Source: an uncultured Actinomycetota bacterium (lineage in GTDB: Bacteria > Actinomycetota > Humimicrobiia > Humimicrobiales > Humimicrobiaceae). Taken from it: DNA of 64,000 nt. Below are positions 22,547 to 32,639 of the stretch, piece after piece. The translations under genes and the position numbers were made by a program. Each line of letters starts with the position of its first letter. Positions within the stretch are counted from its first letter, which is position 1. The notes beneath the pieces were generated by a model. It was not told the DNA's origin and did not search any database. It saw only the letters and a list, made by a program, of their open reading frames with translations. Location: the NCBI GenBank assembly GCA_964423265.1, contig CAYREF010000003.1, positions 1,912 to 65,911 of the forward strand, in the 5' to 3' direction.

Positions 22547-23818
22547 TTGGACTTAAATTCACCTAGGGGTACTACAGACATATTTGGAGAGAAATTAGGC
22601 TACAGAAACTTTATTGAAGGAACTGCAAAAAAGCTGTTTAGCCTTTTTAATTACCAGGAAATAAAGACACCGGCTTTTGAACATACCGAAGTTTTTAGCA
22701 GAGGCATAGGGGAAAATACAGATATTGTACAAAAAGAAATGTATACCTTTAAGGACAAAAAGGGAAGATCCCTTACTTTACGGCCGGAAGGAACAGCTTC
22801 TGTAGTAAGAGCAATAATAGAGCATAAGTTATATTCAAAAAGATTGCCGCTGAAGGTTTACTATAATGGCAATATGTTTAGATATGAAAGGCCCCAGAAA
22901 GGCAGGATGAGGGAATTCCACCAATTAGGGGTAGAAGCAGTAGGAGTAAGCAATCCAGCAATAGATGCGGAAGTGATTTGGCTTGCCAACCAGCTGTTTG
23001 GAAAATTAGGCTTTAAGGATTTAACTTTGCTGGTTAACAGCATTGGCTGCCACAAATGCCGGAAGGATTTTATAAAAAAATTTAAAGCATACATAGAACC
23101 AAAAAAAGATGAGCTTTGCCGGGATTGTAAAAACAGGTTTTCAAATAACCCTTTAAGGATTTTTGATTGCAAAAAAAAGAGCTGCATAAATGTCATAAGC
23201 AATTCTCCTAAAATTTATAATTATTTATGTAAAGATTGCAGGGAGCATATAGAAAAGGTAATAGCTTATCTTAAAAATTTAAATATAAATTACGAAATAG
23301 ATTATAATCTGGTAAGAGGTTTTGACTATTATACAAAAACAATATTTGAGGTTATATCCCGCCAGATAAAGAGTGCCCAGAACGCCTTGGGCGGTGGGGG
23401 AAGGTATGACAATTTAATAGGGCAATTTGGAGGACCGGATATGCCAGCTATTGGGTTTGCTATTGGTGTGGATAGGACTGCAATGCTAATGAAACAGTTG
23501 GACATAAAAATTAGCGATCAAGAAAAGAAAAAGAAAATTTACTTGATTGCAATGGATGAAAGCTATTATTCTTTTCTTCTAAAAGTGGCAAAATTTTTAA
23601 GGGATACTTTTATTTGTGAAATAAATTTTAGTATAAAAAGTGTTGGCTCTGAGCTAAAATGGGCAGAAAAGAATAATTTTGATTTTGCTGCGATAATTGG
23701 GGAGCAAGAGATAAGAGAAAATAAGATAACGGTAAAAGACATCAGGGCTTTTAAGCAACATGAGTTTAACTGGCTAACCGAAAAGGACAATTTAATGGAA
23801 TTTTTGAAAGGAAAATAG
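22547..23818 (+). CDS. hisS: Histidine--tRNA ligase
   Basis: Class II aaRS motifs (LTLRPEGTASVVRA; GGGRYDNL); TTG start. Confidence 0.9.
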   Translation: MDLNSPRGTTDIFGEKLGYRNFIEGTAKKLFSLFNYQEIKTPAFEHTEVFSRGIGENTDIVQKEMYTFKDKKGRSLTLRPEGTASVVRAIIEHKLYSKRLPLKVYYNGNMFRYERPQKGRMREFHQLGVEAVGVSNPAIDAEVIWLANQLFGKLGFKDLTLLVNSIGCHKCRKDFIKKFKAYIEPKKDELCRDCKNRFSNNPLRIFDCKKKSCINVISNSPKIYNYLCKDCREHIEKVIAYLKNLNINYEIDYNLVRGFDYYTKTIFEVISRQIKSAQNALGGGGRYDNLIGQFGGPDMPAIGFAIGVDRTAMLMKQLDIKISDQEKKKKIYLIAMDESYYSFLLKVAKFLRDTFICEINFSIKSVGSELKWAEKNNFDFAAIIGEQEIRENKITVKDIRAFKQHEFNWLTEKDNLMEFLKGK

Positions 23819-23820
23819 AT

Positions 23821-25629
23821 ATGGGCTTTGATTTTGAAAAAGATATAAATTACCAAAATTTTAAAACTAGCCTCAGGAAAAATTTATGCGGGGAACTGGA
23901 TACAGACAGCATAGGCGAAGAAGCTGTTTTATGCGGCTGGGTAAACAGCAGAAGGGATCATGGAAAACTGATATTTATAGACCTGAGGGATTTTTCAGGT
24001 ATTATCCAGTTGGTTTTTGATCCCAGCGTCAATAAAGAATCCTATAATCTTGCCAAGGAAGCCAGGGGCGAGTATGTTTTGAGGGTAAGTGGCAAAGTCA
24101 GAAAAAGGTCTGAAGAAACTATTAACTATGATTTAAAAACTGGGCAGATTGAAGTAGCTGTAAATGATGCTGAGATACTGGATAAGTCAAAAACCCCACC
24201 TTTTATGCTAAATGAAAGGGATAAGGTAGAAGAAACACATAGGTTAAAGTATAGATATATCGATTTGAGAACTCTCCAGATGCAAAAAAATATTAGGCTT
24301 AGGCACAAAGTTACTTCTGCAACCAGAAATTATTTAAACGGAAAAGGATTTTTAGAGATAGAAACTCCTATATTGGCAAAAAGCACTCCTGAGGGTGCCA
24401 GGGATTTTTTAGTTCCATCCCGACTAAATCCAGGAAAGTTTTATGCTTTGCCCCAATCCCCCCAATTGTTTAAGCAAATATTGATGTTTTCAGGATTTGA
24501 CCGGTGTTACCAGATAGCAAGGTGTTTTAGGGATGAAGACCTTAGAGCTGACAGACAACCTGAGTTTACCCAGATAGATCTGGAGATGTCTTTCGTAGAG
24601 CCGATTGATGTAATGAAAACTATAGAAGAGATGCTGGCTGAAATTTTCAGGAAGGTTTTAGGGACTGAGATAGAAAAGCCTTTTAAGAGGATAAGCTGGC
24701 AGGAGAGCATGGAAACATACGGAACAGATAAACCAGACCTCCGGTTCGGCCTTGAAATAAATGACATATCAGAAATTTTTGAGGGTACCGAGTTTAAAAT
24801 ATTTAAAGGGGTATTAAAAAACAAGGGAGTCATTAAAAGTATTGTGGTTGACAATTACCAGGATTTCAGCAGAAATGAATTGGACAATTTAATAAAAATT
24901 GCCAGGGATTGCGGCGCGGGGGGGCTGGTATGGATGAAGGTAGAAAAAGACCAGCTGGAATCCCCAATAGCCAAGTTCTTAAAGGAAGAGGAGAAGAAGG
25001 CACTGATTAAGCAACTAAATTTAAAAGATAAAAACCTGTTAATAATTGTTGCTGATGATTTCTTAATAACTTGTAAAACCCTAGGGACTATAAGGGGGCA
25101 TATAGCAAAGAAATTAAATATGGCAAAAAAGGGTTTTAAGCTGGTATGGGTTGATAACTTTCCACTATTTGAGTTGGATCAGAAACTTAACCGGATTTCA
25201 CCGGTACATCACCCATTTACCATGCCCAGTCAGGAAACTATAAAATTTTTAGAGGACGAACCTTTAAAGGTTAAATCATTAGCCTATGATATTGTGCTTA
25301 ACGGGGAAGAAATCGGGGGAGGCTCCATAAGGATAAATGACTTGGATTTACAAAATAAAATTTTTGAGTTATTAAGAATGGATAAAAAAACCATAGAAGA
25401 AAATTTTGGTTTTTTCATAAAGTCCCTGGAGTATGGAATCCCACCTCATGGCGGAATAGCCTTGGGTCTTGACAGATTGGTAATGCTGCTAGGCAACTTG
25501 GAAAGTATAAGGGACGTAATTGCTTTCCCCAAGACTCAATCTGCAATTTGCATGTTAACTGATTCGCCATCTCCGGTCACCAGGGAACAACTAAAAGAGG
25601 TAAATATTGATTTAACTTCGGAAGAGTAA
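23821..25629 (+). CDS. aspS: Aspartate--tRNA ligase
   Basis: OB-fold anticodon-binding domain (LCGWVNSRRDHGKLIFIDLRD) and class II motifs (FRDEDLRADRQPEFTQ; GGGSIRI). Confidence 0.9.
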   Translation: MGFDFEKDINYQNFKTSLRKNLCGELDTDSIGEEAVLCGWVNSRRDHGKLIFIDLRDFSGIIQLVFDPSVNKESYNLAKEARGEYVLRVSGKVRKRSEETINYDLKTGQIEVAVNDAEILDKSKTPPFMLNERDKVEETHRLKYRYIDLRTLQMQKNIRLRHKVTSATRNYLNGKGFLEIETPILAKSTPEGARDFLVPSRLNPGKFYALPQSPQLFKQILMFSGFDRCYQIARCFRDEDLRADRQPEFTQIDLEMSFVEPIDVMKTIEEMLAEIFRKVLGTEIEKPFKRISWQESMETYGTDKPDLRFGLEINDISEIFEGTEFKIFKGVLKNKGVIKSIVVDNYQDFSRNELDNLIKIARDCGAGGLVWMKVEKDQLESPIAKFLKEEEKKALIKQLNLKDKNLLIIVADDFLITCKTLGTIRGHIAKKLNMAKKGFKLVWVDNFPLFELDQKLNRISPVHHPFTMPSQETIKFLEDEPLKVKSLAYDIVLNGEEIGGGSIRINDLDLQNKIFELLRMDKKTIEENFGFFIKSLEYGIPPHGGIALGLDRLVMLLGNLESIRDVIAFPKTQSAICMLTDSPSPVTREQLKEVNIDLTSEE

Positions 25630-25647
25630 TCTTTAAGGAGGGAAAAA

Positions 25648-26535
25648 ATGAAAGACAAGCTTAGTGGAGTGTTTGTTCCAACCATTACCCCTTTTGTAGG
25701 AGATGAAGTACAGTATGCTAAATTAGAAGAGAACTTAATAAAATTAAATAAGTCTTCTATTACCGGCCATCTGGCGCTGGGTTCTAATGGAGAATACAAA
25801 AGCCTTACCAGAGATGAGCAGTTGAAGGTATTGGAAGTGTTTGTTAAAAACAAAGGTGATAAGGTAATAATGGCTGGCACAGGTTGCGAATCAACCACCG
25901 AAACCATCCAGCTTAGCAAGGAAGCTGAAAGGATTGGAGCAGATTTTGTAAGTGTTTTAACTCCAAGTTATTTTAAAAAAATAATAAATGACGAAGTACT
26001 TATAAATTATTATACAGAGATAGCAGACAACATAAATATACCTCTGCTAATTTATAATGCTCCCGGTTTTACCAGCGGAGTAACAATTTCTGCAAAGGCT
26101 GTGAGGAAACTAGCCCGGCATCCTAATATAGTGGGCATGAAAGATAGTTCTAAGGCTGGAATTATGGGTTATATTACTGCCACTATGGATATTGATGATT
26201 TCTATGTTCTAGCTGGTTCTATTAACTTCTTTTTTACAGGGCTTGTTTGTGGAGCTGTTGGCGGGGTTTTATCATTGTCAAATGCTATACCTAATCTTTG
26301 CTGTAAATTGTATAATTTATACTTAAATGGCAAAATTGAGGAAGCAAAACGCTTGCACTTAAAGCTATTTCAGGTTAACGGAAAGGTATCCGGGGCTAAT
26401 GCTGTAAGCGGGGTTAAAGCTGCTGCATCTATCTGCGGGTATTTTGGTGGGGAGCCTAGAAAGCCATTAGCAGCCCTGGCTCCGGAAGAAAAAAAAGGAC
26501 TTAAGGAATATTTTAAGCAAGAAGGATTGATTTAA
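25648..26535 (+). CDS. DHDPS/N-acetylneuraminate-lyase-family class I aldolase or dehydratase (paralogue 1)
   Basis: TPF...GSNGEY motif and Schiff-base lysine context (IVGMKDSSK). Only 18 bp after aspS, with an AAGGAGG RBS. Confidence 0.75.
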   Translation: MKDKLSGVFVPTITPFVGDEVQYAKLEENLIKLNKSSITGHLALGSNGEYKSLTRDEQLKVLEVFVKNKGDKVIMAGTGCESTTETIQLSKEAERIGADFVSVLTPSYFKKIINDEVLINYYTEIADNINIPLLIYNAPGFTSGVTISAKAVRKLARHPNIVGMKDSSKAGIMGYITATMDIDDFYVLAGSINFFFTGLVCGAVGGVLSLSNAIPNLCCKLYNLYLNGKIEEAKRLHLKLFQVNGKVSGANAVSGVKAAASICGYFGGEPRKPLAALAPEEKKGLKEYFKQEGLI

Positions 26536-27510
26536 ATGGCAAAGGTATTGTTGGGACAAAAAATACACAAGGATGCAATAAATTTTCTCAAAAACAAAGG
26601 TTTTGAGGTCATTGTTTCCAGCTCTCCGGAGGATGAAGTGGTGAGAAAGCAAATTAAAGATATTGATGGCCTTATTGTAAGGACTGCTACCAAATTAAGC
26701 AGAGAGACAATATTGGCGGCAAAAAGGCTGAAAGTTATAGGAAGAACAGGAAAAGGGGTGGACAATGTAGATGTAAAAGCTGCTTCAGAAAAAAATATTT
26801 TCGTGTGTAACGCCCCTGAAGCCAATATTGAGACAGTGGCAGAGCATGCTATTGCCTTTATGCTTGTTCTTGCTAAAAATTTGAAAGCCATGGACAATGC
26901 AGTAAGGGGCTTAAGGTGGAAGATAAGGAATAACTATATTCCCATAGATATTTCTGGAAAAATTTTAGGATTAGTTGGTTTTGGCAATATTGGCAGGGCA
27001 ATGGCCAGAAAATGTTATAATGCATTTAACATGGATATAATCGCCTATGATCCTTTTTTACCTGAAGGTTTAGAAGTTAATTTCCCCTTTAAGCTTAAAG
27101 GTAGTTTGGATGAGGTATTTATGGAAGCAGACTTTGTGTCCCTGCATATTCCTTATACTAAAGAGAATCATCATCTGGTTGGAAAAAACCTTTTGAGTAA
27201 AATGAAGAAAGGCTCCTTTTTGATAAACACTTCACGCGGAGGAATTGTAGATGAAAAAGCATTGGCTGGTATTCTAAAAGATGGAGGCATAGGCGGGGCT
27301 GCTTTGGATGTATTTGAAAACGAGCCTCCTAAAAAAAAGAACCCGCTATTAGGTATTGAAAGCGTTATCCTTACACCGCATTCTGCAGCCTTAACCGGTG
27401 AAAGTTCCAGGAGAATGGCTATGCATGCAGCAGAAGGAGTAACAGATGTTTTAGAGGGGCGAAAACCCCGGTGGGTATTTAACAGGGATAGCATTAAAGC
27501 AGGCAAATAA
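26536..27510 (+). CDS. D-isomer-specific 2-hydroxyacid dehydrogenase (paralogue 1)
   Basis: GLVGFGNIGRAMARK Rossmann motif and catalytic His in TPHSAALT. Its start abuts the upstream stop. Confidence 0.8.
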   Translation: MAKVLLGQKIHKDAINFLKNKGFEVIVSSSPEDEVVRKQIKDIDGLIVRTATKLSRETILAAKRLKVIGRTGKGVDNVDVKAASEKNIFVCNAPEANIETVAEHAIAFMLVLAKNLKAMDNAVRGLRWKIRNNYIPIDISGKILGLVGFGNIGRAMARKCYNAFNMDIIAYDPFLPEGLEVNFPFKLKGSLDEVFMEADFVSLHIPYTKENHHLVGKNLLSKMKKGSFLINTSRGGIVDEKALAGILKDGGIGGAALDVFENEPPKKKNPLLGIESVILTPHSAALTGESSRRMAMHAAEGVTDVLEGRKPRWVFNRDSIKAGK

Positions 27511-27573
27511 TTTTTGCATTTTTTTAAACGGATAATTTATATAGTATGCTGTTAATCATATAAGGAGGTTAAA

Positions 27574-27969
27574 ATGAAATATGTAAAAAATATACAAGAT
27601 TTAAAGGCTGATATTGATCCCAGGTCCTTAAGGGATAGGGTAAAAAAGCGGGACAAAGCTATATTAAGAGACACAAATTATGTAATTGATCCTGAAGATG
27701 AAGGTTGTGAGTCAAGGAGGCTAACTCTAGGCCACACCATAATTTATCCTACCGGTACTACTACGGGGCACTCACATGATGATATGGAAGAAGTATACTA
27801 TGTAGTAATGGGTAAAGGAGTTATGGTTGTTGGAGATGATGAGTATGATATTAGGCAGGGTGATGCTCTATACGTGCCTCCTGGAGAGTTTCATACAACC
27901 AAGCAAAGGGGAAATTTACCCCTTATCGTGGTTTGGGTAACTTGCAAGGTTGATCCTGATGAAAGATAA
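27574..27969 (+). CDS. Cupin-domain protein with cPGI-like metal-site motifs (possible sugar or sugar-phosphate isomerase)
   Basis: TTGHSHDDMEEVYY (TxGHxHx4EEvY) and PPGEFHTT (PPxxxH); 131 aa. Confidence 0.55.
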   Translation: MKYVKNIQDLKADIDPRSLRDRVKKRDKAILRDTNYVIDPEDEGCESRRLTLGHTIIYPTGTTTGHSHDDMEEVYYVVMGKGVMVVGDDEYDIRQGDALYVPPGEFHTTKQRGNLPLIVVWVTCKVDPDER

Positions 27970-28001
27970 GAAATAAAATTTTTCGAATAGGGGAGAAAGC
28001 T

Positions 28002-29444
28002 ATGATAAGAGAAAAATTACTAATTGGTGGAGAATGGGTAAAAGCAGAAGCTAAGGACACCATGGAGGTAATTAATCCGGCTTATGGAGAAGTTTTTGGG
28101 GAAGTCCAAAAAGCCCGCAGGAAAGATGTATGTAAGGCTATTAATGCTGCCGGTGAAGCATTTGGTAAATGGTCTAAACTAACTCCTTTCGAAAGGGGAG
28201 AGTACCTCAGGAAAGCCAGTGACATGGTATATGAAAGAGTAGATGAGATTGCCAAACTTATGACCCAGGAAGAAGGGAAGCCTCTAAAGGAAGCTGCAGG
28301 AGAAGTTAAAAAAGGTGCAAAGATTTTAGATTATTATGCCGAAGAGGGTGAAAGAGTGTATGGAAGGATTATTGCCAATGAGGATAAAAATATGGAAAGC
28401 AGAGTAATATATCAACCGATTGGAGTGGCAGGAGCTATTTCTCCCTGGAATTATCCCATTGAATTGCTTGCATGGAAAGTTGGAGGTGCCCTTGCTTCTG
28501 GCTGTACTGTAGTTGCAAAGCTGCCATCAGAAACGCCTTTATCTCCTCTTGCTTTTATTAAATGCCTTGTGGATGCAGGTGTACCTGATGGGGTAGTAAA
28601 TGCAATTACCGGTTCTGGCTCCGAAGTGGGCCCAATACTTTTTAATAGCAAAAAAGTAAAAAAGATTGCTTTTACAGGCTCAACCAGTACTGGAAGGGAA
28701 GTTCTAAAGGGTTGTGCGGACACATTTAAAAAGGTATCTGTAGAATTAGGCGGAAGTCTTCCCATGGTCATATGCAAGGATTGTAATCTTGATAAGGCTG
28801 TAGAAGGAGCTGTAAGAAGATCATTTAGGAATATGGGCCAGATATGCATAGCTGTAAACAGGATTTATGTGGATGCGGCTATATATGAAGATTTTATCGA
28901 AAAATTTGCAGAACAGGCAGGAAAGCTAACTATTGGCGACGGATTAAAAGAAGATTGTAATTTGGGACCTATGTGTACTACCGGTGGGGTAAAAACAGCA
29001 AAAAGGCATATAGAAGATGCAGTATCAAAGGGGGCTAAAGTTGCTTGCGGCGGGGGAAAGCCCTCTGCAGAAAAGTATAAGAAAGGTTATTATTTCCAGC
29101 CCACAATTCTCCGTGATGTTGACCATAGTATGCTGGTTATGCAGGAAGAGACCTTTGGTCCGGTAGTCGGGGTCATGTCTTTTAAGACATTAGAGGAAGC
29201 TGTAGAGCTTGCCAATGATTCTCCTTACGGGTTGGCCGCAATTGTATTTACTGAAAGCTTAAGCATAACAAACAGGCTATCGCTGGAAATAGAGGCTGGA
29301 AATGTAGCTATCAATAATGTGGATGCAGGCGTTATAAATGCACCTTACGGGGGATGGAAAGAAAGTGGCTATGGGCATGAGCATGGGCCTGAAGGTTTAT
29401 ACGAGTATCTGTTAATTAAGCATATAAGGCTCCGTTATCTCTAA
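28002..29444 (+). CDS. NAD(P)+-dependent aldehyde dehydrogenase (hydrolytic ALDH, paralogue 1)
   Basis: General-base motif ELGGSLP, catalytic Cys in GQICIAVNRIYV, NAD site FTGSTSTG. Confidence 0.85.
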   Translation: MIREKLLIGGEWVKAEAKDTMEVINPAYGEVFGEVQKARRKDVCKAINAAGEAFGKWSKLTPFERGEYLRKASDMVYERVDEIAKLMTQEEGKPLKEAAGEVKKGAKILDYYAEEGERVYGRIIANEDKNMESRVIYQPIGVAGAISPWNYPIELLAWKVGGALASGCTVVAKLPSETPLSPLAFIKCLVDAGVPDGVVNAITGSGSEVGPILFNSKKVKKIAFTGSTSTGREVLKGCADTFKKVSVELGGSLPMVICKDCNLDKAVEGAVRRSFRNMGQICIAVNRIYVDAAIYEDFIEKFAEQAGKLTIGDGLKEDCNLGPMCTTGGVKTAKRHIEDAVSKGAKVACGGGKPSAEKYKKGYYFQPTILRDVDHSMLVMQEETFGPVVGVMSFKTLEEAVELANDSPYGLAAIVFTESLSITNRLSLEIEAGNVAINNVDAGVINAPYGGWKESGYGHEHGPEGLYEYLLIKHIRLRYL

Positions 29445-29479
29445 AGATAATTTGCTAATTATAAGCAAGGAGAATTCAA

Positions 29480-31024
29480 ATGGCAAATAAATATATAATT
29501 GGCATAGATATAGGTACTACTGGCTGTAAATCGATTATGGTTGATGCAAATGGCCAGCTGATATGCTCTGCAACAGAAGAATACCCCCTGTATACGCCTA
29601 ATCCCGGCTGGGCAGAACAGAATCCTGGCGACTGGTGGGATGCAACAGTTAAAACTTTACAAAGAATCATTAAAGAAAGTGCGGTCCCTACAGAAGAGAT
29701 AAAGGGAATAGGTCTTTCTGGACAAATGCATGGCTTGGTACCATTGGATAAGGATGGGGAGGTTGTAAGGCCTGCATTTCTTTGGAATGACCAAAGGACA
29801 GAAAAACAGTGCAGGGAAATTATTGCTGCTGCAGGCGGAGAAAAAGAATTATTAAAGTATACCAACAATAGCATGCTTCCAGGTTATACCGGCGGAAAGA
29901 TACTTTGGCTAATGCAAGAAGAGCCCGGAAATTTTAAAAAGTCAAAAATTTTTTTGAATCCAAAAGATTATATTAGGTATAAGCTTACTGGAAAATTTGC
30001 TACTGAAGTATCAGATGCCTCGGGGACTGGGTTATTTGATGTGGAAAATAGAAGATGGAGTGAAGAGCTACTAGAAATTTTAAAAATCCCTAAAAAGCTA
30101 CTGCCGCAGTGCTATGAGTCTCCCGAGGTTACTGGTTATGTAACAGTGGAAGTATCTACATTGGCCGGCCTTAAAGAAAATACTCCAGTAGTCGGGGGAG
30201 GGGGAGACTCTGTTGTACAAACTACCGGAACCGGCCTTATAAACGAGGGGATATTAGGGCTAACCCTTGGCACTGCAGGAATTGTAGCTATGGGGCTAGA
30301 AAGATTTAAGTTTAATTCGACTGGAAAGCTACAAATATTTTGTAATAATGCCCCAAATAAATGGCATATAATGGGGGTAACTTTGGCTGCAGGAGGGTCA
30401 TTTCATTGGTTTAAAAATAATTTATGCAAGCATGAAATAAGGGTGGCAGAAAAAACAGGCCAGAGTGTTTTTGAAATAATAAATAAAAGTATTGAAAAGC
30501 AAACAGAACCAGGGAGTAAAAATCTGGTATTCTTACCTTATTTAATTGGTGAAAGATGTCCTTACCCTGATCCAAATGCCAAAGGTGTTTTCGTGGGATT
30601 AACCTTAAGGCATACCCATGCAGACATGGCCAGGAGTGTAATGGAAGGTGTAGGTTTCAGCCTAAAACAGGTTTATGATTTAATAATTGATATGGATAGA
30701 AATCTTGCTGTAAACGAGATACGGACTTCTGGAGGAGGCTCTTCCAGCCTTCTTTGGAGGCAAATTATTGCAGATATTTTCCAACTTCCGGTAAAGACTG
30801 TTAGTGGAAGCAAAGAAGGCGGAGCTTACGGAGCGGCATTAGTTGCTGGAACCGGCTGTGGCATATGGTCTAGCATGGAAGAAGCAACCAAGGTGCTGAA
30901 GGTAGAAACAGAGTTGTTACCAGATAAGAAAAATAAAGGAATTTATACTCAACTGTATGGGGTTTATGCCAAACTTTACAACAATTTAAAAGAAGGTTTT
31001 GACGCTTTATCAACTATTAAATAA
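29480..31024 (+). CDS. FGGY-family carbohydrate kinase (xylulokinase/gluconokinase-like)
   Basis: N-terminal IGIDIGTTGCKS, FGGY N- and C-domains, GGGSSS. Confidence 0.8.
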   Translation: MANKYIIGIDIGTTGCKSIMVDANGQLICSATEEYPLYTPNPGWAEQNPGDWWDATVKTLQRIIKESAVPTEEIKGIGLSGQMHGLVPLDKDGEVVRPAFLWNDQRTEKQCREIIAAAGGEKELLKYTNNSMLPGYTGGKILWLMQEEPGNFKKSKIFLNPKDYIRYKLTGKFATEVSDASGTGLFDVENRRWSEELLEILKIPKKLLPQCYESPEVTGYVTVEVSTLAGLKENTPVVGGGGDSVVQTTGTGLINEGILGLTLGTAGIVAMGLERFKFNSTGKLQIFCNNAPNKWHIMGVTLAAGGSFHWFKNNLCKHEIRVAEKTGQSVFEIINKSIEKQTEPGSKNLVFLPYLIGERCPYPDPNAKGVFVGLTLRHTHADMARSVMEGVGFSLKQVYDLIIDMDRNLAVNEIRTSGGGSSSLLWRQIIADIFQLPVKTVSGSKEGGAYGAALVAGTGCGIWSSMEEATKVLKVETELLPDKKNKGIYTQLYGVYAKLYNNLKEGFDALSTIK

Positions 31025-31033
31025 GAGTTAAGG

Positions 31034-31663
31034 TTAGAAATACTTTTTTACAGCTTCTAGATGTTCAATTATCAAGGCTGAAGCTTCGTTAGGGTGGTTT
31101 TTTAAAATTTCTTCTATTATCCTATTATGGTATTTAAGGCTTTCTTTTAGCTTAGTTCTAAAGCCCTTAGTATAGGATAAGAGCAAAATATTAAATGAAT
31201 TATTTATATGCTTCAGGTAAGAATTTGCTGATGTTTCAAGAAGGTAAAGATGGAATTTTTTGTCTATTTCAAAATATTCGCTTGGATTTTTACCCTTTAC
31301 GGCTTGTTCAAATTTTTGCTTAAAATCCAAAAGTCTATCTTTTATGGAATTGTTAAGGTTTTCAGAAATTTTTTCTACTGCCAGGCTTTCAAAAGAGCCC
31401 CTTATTTCAAGAAGCTCGTAGAATTCCTGTTTTGAAATTTTTCGGACAAAAAAGCCTTTTCTAGGATGGTATTCTATAAGCCTTTCGTTCTGGAGGACTG
31501 ACAGAGCTTGTATTAAAGGAATCTTGCTTATACCCAGTCTTTCTGCCATTTTTTCCTGGATAATTTTTTCCCCGGGCTTAAGTAAGTCCTCAAGAATTAG
31601 GAGCTTAATTTTGCTGTAAGCCTGTTCACTTAAATTATTCTGCTTGATTTTGTTAATGTTCAT
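31034..31663 (-). CDS. GntR/FadR-family transcriptional regulator (FCD effector domain), paralogue A
   Basis: wHTH EKMAERLGISKIPLIQALSVLQNERLIEYHPRKGFFV followed by a helical effector domain. Confidence 0.8.
   Translation of the reverse strand: MNINKIKQNNLSEQAYSKIKLLILEDLLKPGEKIIQEKMAERLGISKIPLIQALSVLQNERLIEYHPRKGFFVRKISKQEFYELLEIRGSFESLAVEKISENLNNSIKDRLLDFKQKFEQAVKGKNPSEYFEIDKKFHLYLLETSANSYLKHINNSFNILLLSYTKGFRTKLKESLKYHNRIIEEILKNHPNEASALIIEHLEAVKKYF
31423..31582. repeat. 160-bp block identical to 32057..32216 (GntR HTH-coding segment); similarity continues at >90% to about 31640 and 32274
   Basis: Direct comparison of the two sequences. A second 49-bp identical block is at 31185..31233 and 31819..31867. 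Confidence 0.9.
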
Positions 31664-32294
31664 CTAAAAGATGTGACTCCTTTTTATGTTCTATATGGAC
31701 TTTCATTAATTTTAATGCTTCAGCCATTTCTTTTTTAAGTATTGCATTAATAATCTTTCTGTGGTAGTCCATGCTTAATTCAATTTTTGTCCTAAAGCCT
31801 TTGGTAAAGCAAAGAAGTAAAATATTAAATGAATTATTTATATGCTTCAGGTAAGAATTTGCTGATGCTTCAAAAAGAAAGTAATGGAATTTTTTATCAA
31901 CATCATAATATTTAATATAGTCTTTTTTTTCATTATATTTTTCGAAATCGCTTAAAAATTTCCGGAGTGTTTTTTTAACTCCCTCATTTAAATTGCCAAT
32001 TATTTTTTGCACTGCAAGGCATTCCAGGATTCTCCTTACGTCGATAAGGTCATAATATTCCTGTTTTGAAATTTTTCGGACAAAAAAGCCTTTTCTAGGA
32101 TGGTATTCTATAAGCCTTTCGTTCTGGAGGACTGACAGAGCTTGTATTAAAGGAATCTTGCTTATACCCAGTCTTTCTGCCATTTTTTCCTGGATAATTT
32201 TTTCCCCGGGCTTAAGCACGTCATCAAGAATTAGGAGCTTAATTTTGCCGTAAGCCTGTTCACTTAAATTATTTTGATTTATTTTTAAGTCCAT
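31653..32294 (-). CDS. GntR/FadR-family transcriptional regulator, paralogue B (tandem duplicate)
   Basis: The N-terminal HTH is nearly identical to paralogue A. The effector domain has diverged but keeps ANSYLKHINNSFNILLL. Confidence 0.8.
   Translation of the reverse strand: MDLKINQNNLSEQAYGKIKLLILDDVLKPGEKIIQEKMAERLGISKIPLIQALSVLQNERLIEYHPRKGFFVRKISKQEYYDLIDVRRILECLAVQKIIGNLNEGVKKTLRKFLSDFEKYNEKKDYIKYYDVDKKFHYFLFEASANSYLKHINNSFNILLLCFTKGFRTKIELSMDYHRKIINAILKKEMAEALKLMKVHIEHKKESHLLDEH
32057..32216. repeat. Second copy of the 160-bp identical block (see 31423..31582)
   Basis: Direct comparison. Confidence 0.9.
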
Positions 32295-32639
32295 ATTAGC
32301 TTTTTACATAATGCATTAGCTAAAAATAAAAGGCTTTTTTATTGATATATATTTTTTAGTATTGACATTATTTGCATACATTATACAATATTCATTAACA
32401 ACTTAAAATGTAAATTTTTAAAAAATCACTAAACATAGATTAAACAATAATTTTAAAGGGAAGAAGATAAATTTTTAAAATATTGTATACTGTATATGCT
32501 AAATAGGTTCCTTTGCCTGGTTTAGTATTTATTGATAGTAAAGAATTATAACTATAAAATTATTAACACAATGAGGTGAGATATAGAAAACCTACTTTGT
32601 TAATTTAAATTCCGTTGTAGAACCCAATTATTAGGATAG

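Noticed and set aside
27574-27969. Assigning the cupin as glucose-6-phosphate isomerase (archaeal cPGI)
   Set aside because: Only the metal-site motifs match. The protein is 131 aa against about 190 aa for cPGI, so only a generic cupin with a possible isomerase call is justified.
31250-31435. 61-aa + strand ORF inside the GntR-A gene
   Set aside because: It is an antisense shadow ORF of a gene with clear wHTH/FCD homology.
31034-32294. GntR tandem duplication as an assembly artefact
   Set aside because: The two copies have distinct, intact and different effector domains and different stop contexts. Only the HTH-coding blocks are identical, which fits real paralogues. It cannot be fully excluded without reads.
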